Shown in pieces: positions 40,483-51,187 of a stretch of DNA of 64,000 nucleotides (the stretch's first letter is position 1; each line of letters starts with the position of its first letter). Origin of the DNA: Takakia lepidozioides (Eukaryota > Plantae > Bryophyta); NCBI GenBank assembly GCA_030704615.1, contig CM060731.1, positions 58,962,001-59,026,000 of the forward strand. Reading direction: 5' to 3'. Made by a program: the position numbers and the translations under genes. A model generated the notes under the pieces. It was not told the origin of the DNA. It saw only the letters and a list, made by a program, of their open reading frames with translations, and made no database searches.

Positions 40483-43400
40483 GGGATGCCTCGGCGTGAG
40501 CCTGGTCACGTGAGCGCGTGAGCGCAACTGCGCTCACGCCACGTCACCTTGCGCAAATGCCACGTCACGGTGCTCAGTCCACGTCATCACACGTGAAGGC
40601 CGCGTCACCACGCGCCCAGAAAGAAGTGGAGTGTATTCCCGCGGATTGGCACCCTTTACCGCGGAAACAAGCTGGACGACATAAAAAAGGCATTGAATAA
40701 AGATGGATGAATGTACAGTTGGATGATAAACAGATGGATGAGTGTGAAAAATGTATGTAGATGGATGAATGACGGATGGATAAGAGTAAAATGGATGAAT
40801 GTAATGGATGTTGAGCAATGACAAAAATTCATGACAGGAAGATGCATGACCAAATCTTTGACGAATGCACAACGTATATGAAATGAGTGTGGAAGGTTTG
40901 TGGGGTGGATTAAAGAGTACAGAGGATGAATGTACAATGGATGTTGTACAAAGGAAGCTTTCATAAATGGAGCACGCATGAATACAGTGTAGATGAATGC
41001 ACAATGGATATGAGAAGAGTCAGGAAGGTTTGTGAGATGGATTCATACATATAGCAATTTAAACGAAAGTTGATTCTGTGATTATTATTTGTTCTAAAGG
41101 AACAACTACGGTGGAGAAGGGAATTCAACGTTTTCCAGATAATATGAAAATGAATATTAAAAGAATACAGTTCAGTCTGACTCAGAGTCAGTAACAATGT
41201 ATCCCTCTTCCTCTGCATCTAAGTCTAAGTATTTTAGAACACCGGATCCACGCTGGATACACCTACGGCTGGCCACTAAAAAGTCAGGGGATAGGGACTT
41301 GGCCGCGTGAGTGCCATTGCTTCGGCAAACAGGAAGCAGAAAATTGGAAAGGGGGCTGTCGAAAACAGACTCGCCAGAAATGACTGTATCTCCTGAAGAT
41401 CCACCGCTGCCTTTCCTGAAGACAGCCTGAAAAAGTTATTACTGTAACTTGATGTTATCGAGAAATTGAGTATGACTCCCAAAGAGGGTTTAGCACTTAC
41501 TCACATGAAAAGTCGTTGTCGACCTGCTTATCTTCGGGATCGTCATCATTTCGAATTTGAATCCGATCAGTCTGTGTGCCTGAAGTGGAGCCAGACAAAA
41601 GGGGGAGGAGCACGGTGTTGTAGAGGTCAGAATCACCCTCCATGCCAAAAAGGCTTCTTCGCCTGCCTTGCATGCGTGGTAAGTTGCCTTGCACCAGACA
41701 GAGAACATGAACAGTTTGGAGGGGGGATTTAAGCAGATGAAACTGTTGAAAGGAAACCAATTCGGAAGGGAAAAAACGAACCTGTGGACACAGAAAGATC
41801 GACCACCCGTGCAGAGCGGTGGCTGCATGACTCCAGCAGTATTTGCATGAATGTTGGTGACTTTTCCTTTGCACCTCTCCAGGGAGTGCCATCTGGTCTC
41901 TTCAGAGTCTGACTGGACTGCATGAAGTTGTACAAAATGTCATCGACATGGGGCTCATAGGGGGGTTGACGAAACAACCCTGGTCAGAAATCTCAAAGCT
42001 GCGGATGGAGGATGGTGTCTTTGATGTGCGAATCCTCCGCAGGCAGATCGCCTCGAACATCCTCGTCTGCCAAAGATAGCAGGTTAGTGTGGTAAACACA
42101 ATCTATAGTGGAAGTGGTTACATCGGCTATTCAGAACTCAGACACAAAAAATCATGAATCGGTGATGATCGGTGTCGATCATAAAACATTCTACTAGAGT
42201 GGAGCTGCAGAGAAAATTGAAACTCATGATCAAAGCACAAGCAGAAGGAGACGGCATACCAGCTGACCAGGGAAACCCCCTTTCACAAGGTATAGGCTGT
42301 TCACACAATTCCATGTGCGCAAAACTTCAAACCCTGAAGACTTGAGGTATGATGCCAATGCCGACGACTATCATTGTCACATGACTGAAAAAGCAGAAGT
42401 GTCCCTGCATCAGAGAGGAAATTGTTACAGAACCCGAACACCCAACTCCAGTAGTTGTCCTCGAATTTGTTCCAGCCTGGCGTCTTGCCCTTTGGAAGAA
42501 CTTCTGGCACAGCCTGGCCATCCGGGATGTCGAGAATGACAATGTCGGCCGCATAAGTTTTCTGCACACCGCACACGAAGGTGGGACCTGTGCTCACCTG
42601 CAACAGACATGTTTTTTTTATAAGAACGATGGCAAGATTGTTTTCAAAGAACGAGACTGAAATACTGCCAACGAAACTTCAGAGAAAAAGGAAAGAAACT
42701 GGAATTCTCACCAGATTGAGGAATGAGATTATATTGTCCCAGGTAGGGGATGGCACCCCAGTGTATCCTCTCTTTCGACTCTGCATCATCGAAAGCCAAC
42801 CCTCATTAACAATTTTCATCTCTCCTGCTGAATCAGAACGGGAAGGGTGTGGCTTGGCATCGAACACGCACTGAAGAGTGCGGGTATATCTTCCAGCAGT
42901 AAAGTCCTGCCCAACTCTCCATCTCCTTTTCATTCTCCTTCCCCTTGTCCTTTTCCTTCTCTTTGGACTTGTCTTTGTCCTTTGGCTTTGCTGGTGAGAT
43001 GGCTATGACATCAACAGCCTTGTCTTTTGGTTTGCGGCCCGCCTTCTTTCCCTTCTGCGGCGTTCCCTGAGCATCAGGCTCCTTGGCAGCCAATGTTGCT
43101 ATGTTTCGTTGATACTCTTCGTCAGTCAAAGGCGCCAGCATCTCAGCGTTATTGTTCAAGTATTTCATATGCTGTTCTTGAAAGGTCGTGTGCTCAGGTG
43201 GGCAGTCAAGGTACCACCCACAGTCTCTGAAGTGAGAAGGACTCCAGTCCTTCAATATCCCTGCAGTATACATGGTTGGATCGTTTGCAGGGTCCGACCA
43301 CATGTCAAGATAGTCGGGAATTCCGCTCAGGTGATTTCCTTCCATAATCACATATTTCGTGTACCTGAAAAAAGGAGATAAATCCCAACCCACAAAAGCG

Positions 43401-43505
43401 CTCAGTGAGTAAGATGCAAGTAGAACAGAAAGAATAAAACATAGATTGAAATGGCTCTGAGAACTGCTCCAAGGACCTTTCAGGACCACACTACTGCTCC
43501 AGATA

Positions 43506-44226
43506 TGAATGTCGTCAACGCCATTCAAACATTCCATTCAATGATACTGTAAATACACCCTAATCCAGGTGAATGCAAATTATCGTTTAGAAATGACACA
43601 GACATAGAAGTGAATGTCGTCAACGACATTCACTAATGAAGCCAAATTATTACTTAAATGAAGCAAAATCACGGGATGAAATCAAAAAATTGAGTAAGGA
43701 ACCCTCCAGGCAAACTCAATGCACATTCATAACGAACCTATCACTGAGGACCTCACAACATCACTGTATGTGAATGGCGTCAACGCCATTCACAAAATAC
43801 AAAAAAGAAACCAATTACTTAGCTCCCCAATCCATGTAAATTGAATTTGTCGCTGTTGAATAATACAGACACAGCTGTGAATGTCGTCAACGACATTCAC
43901 TTTGGATTTCTTAAAACAGAGCTTATCAAGCCTCCACATTCATCGCAAGAGGCAAAAACAATGCAGAACAACTGAATGTCTGCATTGACATTCAGCAAAA
44001 TGAAGTGAGGAACCCTCACTGTAACCTCTATGGACATTACAAAAATTTAAATAACTCTGAGGACCTCTCAACAACTCCGTATGTGAATGTCGTCAACGCC
44101 ATTCAAGGACATTATCAATTCTAATCAGGGACAATATAATTGCACCCTTAGATCCTAACCAGGTGAATTCATATACTCGCTTAAGAATGACTTAGACAAA
44201 GAAGTGAATGTCGTCAACGACATTCA
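43506..44226. repeat. Intronic array of seven 22-bp palindromes TGAATG(T/G)CGT-CA-ACG(A/C)CATTCA
   Basis: Starts at 43506, 43611, 43771, 43878, 43973 (degenerate), 44084 and 44205. Confidence 0.92.
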
Positions 44227-46098
44227 ATCTGGATCTAAGATTGCAATCCATATGAAGCCACATTTTTTCCCAAAAAACAGTAGAGTTTCAAGTATGACAT
44301 TGCACCTGTACACAACTCGCATCATGGCCCACTCTCCTCCAACCTGACTGTCAAAGTCGTTGGACCGTAAAATGTTACCATCTTTGGAGAACTCCCGGAA
44401 AAAACAGTATCTCCAGGTGAGACCTCTCCACTTCCTTATGTATGCCTCCAATGACATTTGGGGAGGGGAAACAATCGCAATGTTCAGGTCCTTCAAAGTC
44501 TGATCCAGCACAATGACGGCGCGCTTTTCGAGTTGCAAATAGTATATTTGTCAGAATTGCAAAAAAGATACACATCACATACTTGAAGAGAAGAAACAGC
44601 ATGTTCGAATACACACCTGACTCCAAAATGTAGCCTTGTGGAGCCAGTTATCAAACACCAAATCACTGATTCCTTCCACCTTTGTGCCAGGCTGTATGGT
44701 GCTCTTAGGGAACTGATTCAAGTCCTTTACTGTTTGATCTGAGTTCCATATCTCCAGCCACCTTATTTTTGTTTGTGGGTCGACCATCGATATGGTCAGC
44801 TGGTGCAATTTCTCCTGCTGCATCTCTGGATGCATATGCTTGTCATAGTGTGTTTTGATCTGCTGAAGGAACTCAGGACCAAGTCCAGGATCTACTATTC
44901 TAAGCTGCTTTCCGAAGGCTGACATCAATTTGGTTCTTCGCATTTCAAACTCTTTCTTTATTGCAGCTTCCACACCCTTTGATGTCCTTAGTTCTTCTGG
45001 TGTAGTTCGGTAATATTCGGATTTTCCCTTCTCAGCTGCCTCTGCCAGTTCTTGCTGCATTTCATTCAAGTAGTGATTAGCTCCGAAGGGACTACAAACA
45101 TGTATTCGAAAAGTAAACAGATTACAGACTCGGGCTTACCGCATACATGTACTCCAGAAACGCCTCTCGTGTCAAAGAATACCAAGTGCCTGCAGCTCTT
45201 CCTGTTTCGCACTTCTTGATGATATTGGGTGGTAGTACTGTCCGAAAATCATCCAGCTTCATCAGACCAATCCTCTGAATTCGGAATAGTGTGTGAACCA
45301 AGCTTGTTGTCACATGCGATTTCTCTGTCGATCCGCAAAAACATTGGAAACATTGCATTCCTTAACACTGTTTTTTGAGGATTAACAAGACACTACAGAG
45401 GGAATGAAATCTCCTGGATGACTTACTTGTTCACGTCGTGCATAGCTGTAAGAAGCCTAGCGATGTCGTTTCCTGGATCCAAAACCATTGCCTCCACAGT
45501 AACATGCTTGTCTTTGTCTTTCGAATGGTGTTTCTGAATGTATCCCATCCATGCCAGCAATCGGTGGTTGCCGTCCCAGACGTAGAACATGTGGTTGCAG
45601 AATTGCTGGGTGTTCTTTCCCATCATGAGGCCCAGCTCGAACTCCTCATTGGCATCTTTCCAGCACTCATCCCAGTTATCACTGATCTCTGGAGACACTA
45701 ATGTGTTTTTCCCATTTATATCCGTCAGTGACACATAAAAAACTTGTGCACCAAGTCTATATCCATGCACAAAATCACTCTCCAATTTTGTTATGTCATG
45801 GGAAAGAGGTGGACGCACAACAGGCATTGATATCATCCGGCATAGAGGTATGTCCAGACGCCCTCCAGATACGAGCATGTCCCTTATAACCTCCTGAGAG
45901 TTTACCTTCTGGAATGACATGAGTTCTTTCATCTTGTCAAGGTAGTGCACTTCGGATTCATCTGCTTCATCTGTATTCTCTGAGCTTTTTGCGGACTCGT
46001 CCCCATCTCCAGATCCTTTCCCCTCTGATCCTGTAGGCTTCGACCTCACAGTTTTCTGCACGATGCCATTCAGTTCTGACTGAGTGATTTGCAAATAG

Positions 46099-46417
46099 TG
46101 AATGGCGGTAACGACCATCACTCTGTATCAAGGAAACTCACCATGAATGGTGTGAAAGAATTCAGCACAATCTACACATGCAAAGTTGAGACTGCCGTAT
46201 TCAAAACAAAAGCGAGAGCGATAGCGAACGGCGTTAACGACAATCACAAAAGATAACGACCTGCCGGATCGGTGTTGTGTAATGACATACATGTGCAACT
46301 GATTGGCGGCAACGACATTCAGTGTAGTTTAGGGAGAATAGTAAGTGCAGACTCTCTCTTCAAACACATAGGTACATAAATCTCATGAGGAGAATCGAAT
46401 GGCGTTAACGACGCTCG
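46099..46417. repeat. Four degenerate copies of the same palindrome in intron 1
   Basis: Starts at 46099, 46225, 46300 and 46396, e.g. TGATTGGCGGCAACGACATTCA. Confidence 0.75.
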
Positions 46418-47644
46418 CAATTCAGTAGTTCCTGCTAAAGAAGGGAAGAGGAAGGACTCCTTGAAAGGCAATCAGACAGACTATATGATAAAACTTACTG
46501 GCACCTTCTTAGGTTTTGAAATTTGATCCTCTTCTGCAGCTTTCCTCTTCCCTCTCACATCTGCTGGAGTTTCTGTCTGCGCAAGGGTTTCTTGACCTTC
46601 TCCAGGTTCGGCGTTCCGCGTGCTTCCACCTTCTTCAGTGTCCCTGCGAATCATCTCTGCCTCCACAGGCTGGCGCACTCTTATCGCCGACTGTGTCGCA
46701 GCCGCTGCCTCAGTCTCCGTCTGCTCTTGTGAATCAGTCTCCGCGTTCACCTGCTGCCTTGGCCCTGTGTTCTCCAACAAACGACGCCTTGTCATTTTCT
46801 CTCTTGCTCTGCGTCTCTCTCTAAGGGAAGTAAAATAAAGAGACTTTCTTCTCTTTCGTATTCTAGAAGGAACCCTCTCCAGCTTGACTACCACTCTCCC
46901 TCTAAGCGCGAAAAGTAGGAAAACGCAGTGACTCCCGATTTCTTGCGGGAGTGCCTGCGTTCTTGCGTGTCTCTAGAAGCATCGGATTGCCTCCCGCGTG
47001 ACCGTTACACATAGTCATTTCCTTATTAGTGCACATGCCAGCAATTCGTGTACAGCTGTTCGTATTCAGTTATGGATGTCTGACGTGTGCCGCCCAAAAA
47101 AAACGGCGTATTCTTTATTAGAACGGGTTCAATATTTAAAAAGAACAGCGAATCCCAGAAATTGATGCGCAGTCTTAAACAAATAAATATAAATGAACGA
47201 GAGTTTGATGACAAATTTTGGAATATCATACACGGTCATCCTTGTTAGCCAAACCCCACATTCGTTTCACATTTGGAACTTTCCAGGTGCGCATGATCAT
47301 TGGTGTATATAGATACATTTACTTAATATGCAATCCCATTCTCAGATCCTGTGGCATGCTTCCAGGAAGTCGGCTTTGTTATTGGGTTTATTGATGAGGT
47401 TCTGATTAACGGTTTAACAGTTGCCGACACTGCCCCTAGGGATACTCTGACCACTGGGCCCACAAGAAAAGTAATTAAAATGGACGGCTGCATATCTGGA
47501 AAGAATAACATAATATGCACAGTTGTTATCTGAGCTTCCTCCGCCATATTCTCTGCTCATTCTTCAACTGTGTTCTGGAGACAGCAGTAAACCGATTTAC
47601 ACTAGATCTGCGATAGCAAGGTACAAACATACTCGAGGAAGGAA

Positions 47645-48560
47645 GATGGCTTCCTCTGAAGCGGAGTTCTTCTCAGACGACAAACCAGTGCCGTTCTCCC
47701 AGGAAGTCCTTGACAATGGATTTGCAATTGTTCTGGAACATGTCTTGGCTACCCGTTTTCAGCTGCAGAATGGCTCCATCTTTTTGGAGAAAGAGGTTTA
47801 CGATCTGAAAGGGAAGTTGGTGAAATATTCTTTCCAAAACCGTGATGAGACGGCTCATATCAGCCAGTGGAGAGTGCGTCCTGGTCGATACAGAGTACTT
47901 GGAGAGCCTCGGCGAAAGTCCCTTGGGTCATATGTGACGCCCGGGACTGCTGCTTCGGTCGTTGAAGACAAGAGGGAGGTGGTGGTGAAAAAAGAACAGA
48001 CTTCCTCCACTCCAATCGTTGAGCTTTCGGATTCTTCCGATGATGACATAAGTGAAATTCCAAATCCAGTCCTTCCTACTGTGGTTGCAGAAGCTGATGA
48101 AGAAGAGATTTGTAGTGTCATTCCAAAATTGCGGGCGATGGGAGGAATGGCTGGATTCAAAAGTGAGTTGCGGGGAATTGATTGGGAATCTTTGAAGCAG
48201 GTGCCTGTGAAGTTCTTGCCGGAGACTTTTGATGGCGATATCCTATTCGAGCTGCCTCCTCCTCCGCGAGTTGGAGGTGTAACAATCATGATGCATGGAA
48301 TGGACAAGAAACACGACGGGCACCCGTGGTGCAGAACAAAAACATCCAATATTCAGAATGATGACAAGCTTGTTTTCAGGAGGACAGTTTGCAATGGACA
48401 CCTTAGGTGTGATAATTTGAATTGCAGACACTTTCTTCAGTCTGGGGTTCATAATCAAAGCGAATGGGAGGGTCTGGCGGAAAATCCATTTCAGCCTGGG
48501 ACTGCCCCTCCACCGGCAAACACTTTCGTCTGCAAATTCTGCAAACTTGTGCCATCCTGT
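47645..48560 (+). pseudogene. MULE-A transposase 5' half (shared N-terminal domain plus WRKY/GCM1-like Zn finger), truncated
   Basis: N-terminus aligns with the MULE-B transposase. Cys/His pattern HDGHPW...CNGHLRCDNLNC...CKFC...C. Confidence 0.7.
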
Positions 48561-49005
48561 CTAGAACCCCTTCTCAGATGGCTAGCTTGCGGCAAGCTCG
48601 GATACCAATACAAAACCTCATCAAGTGACATCTCCGCTGCAGCATATGCAAATGATCTAGCTATCCTGGCACATAAACCACAACACATAAACCGACAAGT
48701 TAACAAACTATTCAGATTCAATCTATGGTCAGGCACGAAACTCAGCCTGCACAAGTGCGCCATCACAGCCGCAACACATCATAGTCGGCTCACCAAAACT
48801 GCCATAGCCTCACATTGCAAACTCTTTGTACACTACCAAAACACACCATTTCCCTTTCTAGGACCAGACGAGCCATATACTTACCTAGGTATACAAACTC
48901 GTTCCCTCCCTCACATGACATATCCAAAAAGAATCTACATCATCCAAACTCGCTACCAAAAGTGTCGCGCACCTCACTTCGGTAAACTCCCCTTCAAGTC
49001 ATAGT
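48561..49005 (+). mobile_element. LINE RT continuation
   Basis: Reads LEPLLRWL...AAAYANDLAIL (YADD-like)...KCAIT...YTYLGI. Confidence 0.85.
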
Positions 49006-50354
49006 TGATTTGATAGTAATGTGCCAATGACTGCGGAGGACTAAATTCTTTCCAAGCCAAATTCAACACAATGGGAATTTGGTTGAAGGGCATAATCATA
49101 GCCCTACTGTACTCCCTTGCACCTGGAGTTTTAGGTGGGTTAAAAGCAGCATTCCCCCATACCTCAGGCTGTGGTGGCTGTGGTGTGGCTGTAGTAACAA
49201 CCGGGTCAGCTACTGGCACAGTGACTTGTTGTGGTGTTGGTGGCACTGGCTCTTGTACCATTGGCATCTCCTGCACCTCCTGTGAAGAAGACTGAAAGGC
49301 TAAAGTTCTCGCTTTTAAATAAGAAGCCATTAGCTGTTCCTCAGGTACACAGACTCTCTTGTCGATATTTGAAGTGAGGTCCTCCACTTGAGTCTGCAGG
49401 CTGTCTACATCCTCCTATAACTCCGCTATCCTACTATAGACATTGTCTATAGTAGTTGTGGCAATGTTCTGCACTTGTAGTCTGAGCTCATTCATCTCGC
49501 TTTGGGTGAGCTTTCGTGGTGCTTTGCCCTCCACTGGTCCTTGTGCTAACCATACGTGTATAAGGTGGTTATCCACCAAGTTGCTTGTGGTACCTCTGAG
49601 AGTCTGCTCCTCTCTGAGTTTGTACATATCTAACTGCTGTTGTAAAGCCTCCATGCGTTTTGCATGAGGTTCAACCAAATTCGCATAGGCAGCAAGCAGA
49701 TTATTGGCTTCCTTCCAAGCCTTGTTAGTGACAGAGATTTCATTTCTATGGGCCATGACCGTTTGTTGCAACTCCAAGATGTGCCTCTCTTGGTCAGCTT
49801 CAACCTGCCCCCTGCCAGTCCACCCTCACTGTGTGAAGAGCCTTGCTCTTCCATTGCAGTGGTTTCTGGCTCAAACACTCCCATCTCCTTTCTTTCTCGA
49901 GCATCAAGTATGCCAGAATCAAGAATTATTTGAGCAATGATTGGACCAGACACTATGATAGGAGACTTTGCGGCAGTACCCTGTAATCTTTTCATCTCCT
50001 CTACCAGTGTGTTGTACATAATGTCCGCCCATTCTACCTCTTCTCCTCTCAGGGCTTTGAGTATTTCCTCTGTGAAGGATCTGCTCAAATACTGTTGGTT
50101 CTGTTTCATGGCAAACAGAACGTTCAATACCTCGCCTACCTCCTTTAGCCCTGGGTACACGGCCTTGGTACAAGCATAACCCTGAGTTTTAAAGAAACTC
50201 CCTTCTTGGAATAAGTCCCCTATTTGCAGTCTTGCCCTGTGCTCCTCCACATGCACCTGACCTGCTGGCAATTGAAACAATTGCTGTAGGTATAGGGGAG
50301 TAATTTCTAATTCAACTCCCTTCACCGTTGTTGCTCATGTCCTAGGCTCAAAGT
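49006..50354 (-). mobile_element. Gypsy copy 3, extra-ORF fragment with ~1.1-kb internal deletion near 49805
   Basis: Minus-strand ORFs homologous to copy 1 at 3530-4075 and 5200-6000. Confidence 0.9.
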
Positions 50355-50745
50355 GAGGTTTGCTATTTCATGAGCATGAGCGGCATGAGCGGCATGAGCA
50401 GAGTAGTAAGACAATCGGTTTTCATGAGCAGAAGTACAAATTTCGAAAATAAAAAACAATAAAAAAACAATAATTTAATGCAAGGTGTCAGGAAAAACAA
50501 ATATATTATTCGGCCCCTTGAAGGGAAAATTGCAGTTTTGACAGTTGTGCTCATGATATTTCGTCTTCCGCTCATGCCAATTCCCAGCGACATGTGCAAA
50601 TATGGCGCCGAATTTCGCGGTAATAGGGTCCGTAACCTGAAAAAACGGCGACGTATTTCGCGGTAATAGGTCTCTCTGGCGAAAAATGGTGCCGAATTCC
50701 GCGGCTATAGGTCCCCTCATGACAGGTAATTCGGCGCCATTTTTC

Positions 50746-51035
50746 CAGTGCATGTTGGGACTTAGCCAGTTTTCGGCGCAAAATAGGGAAATTCGGCGCC
50801 ATTTTTCCAGACACTGTACCAGTGCATGTTGGGACTTAGCCAGTTTTCGGCCCAAAAAAGAGAAATTCGGCGCCATTTTTCCAGACACAGTACCAGTGCA
50901 TGTTGGGACTTAGCCAGTTTTCGGCCCAAAAAAGAGAAATTCGGCACCATTTTCCTAGACACAGGTACCAGTGCATGTTGGGACTTAGCCAGTTTTCGGC
51001 CCCAAAAAGAGAAATTCGGCGCCATTTTTCCAGAA
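50746..51035 (+). repeat. 74-bp tandem repeat x4, subterminal in MULE-B
   Basis: CAGTGCATGTTGGGACTTAGCC... at 50746, 50820, 50894 and 50969; contains GAAATTCGGCGCC. Confidence 0.9.
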
Positions 51036-51187
51036 ATGGCCCCACAACTGCTTCTGTTGGATCTCAGTTTGAATGGAATATTGCCTTATTCCAGGAGTTT
51101 TGGTGTGCATTTCATTACACTGCAAAAAAAAGTCTGATACAGCAAAATGCAATTGAAAATACCATATGGAGGATTCCCTTTGCCCCA

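Larger units (their letters stand above)
41497..46795 (-). pseudogene. Multi-exon ParB/Srx-like domain plus beta-class (N6A/N4C) DNA methyltransferase fusion, cargo of MULE-A; frameshifted
   Basis: Approximate exons: 46795-46499, 46089-45427, 45331-45139, 45092-44617, 44532-44306, 43365-42712, 42597-42260, 42067-41782, 41677-41497. ParB-type VVRP...WDGNHRLLAW. MTase motif IV-like ADIVILDIPDG (42517-42531), then PWRGAKEK, motif I-like VVDLSVSTG, and ATYHACKA/RRSLFGMEGD. Confidence 0.72.
40483..48560. mobile_element. MULE-A: Mutator-like element inserted in the LINE RT; right part deleted
   Basis: LINE RT breaks at YFGA(H) and a GGG-starting, palindrome-rich terminus begins. Contains a transposase 5' half homologous to the MULE-B transposase. 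LINE resumes at 48561. Confidence 0.7.

Noticed and set aside
43506-44226. CRISPR array
   Set aside because: Eukaryotic intron; spacers are about 70-140 bp, irregular and partly duplicated (43560-43633 resembles 44155-44227); no cas genes.
47523-49004. 493-aa ORF as a single gene
   Set aside because: Deletion chimera of the MULE transposase N-terminus and LINE RT, joined at 48560/48561.
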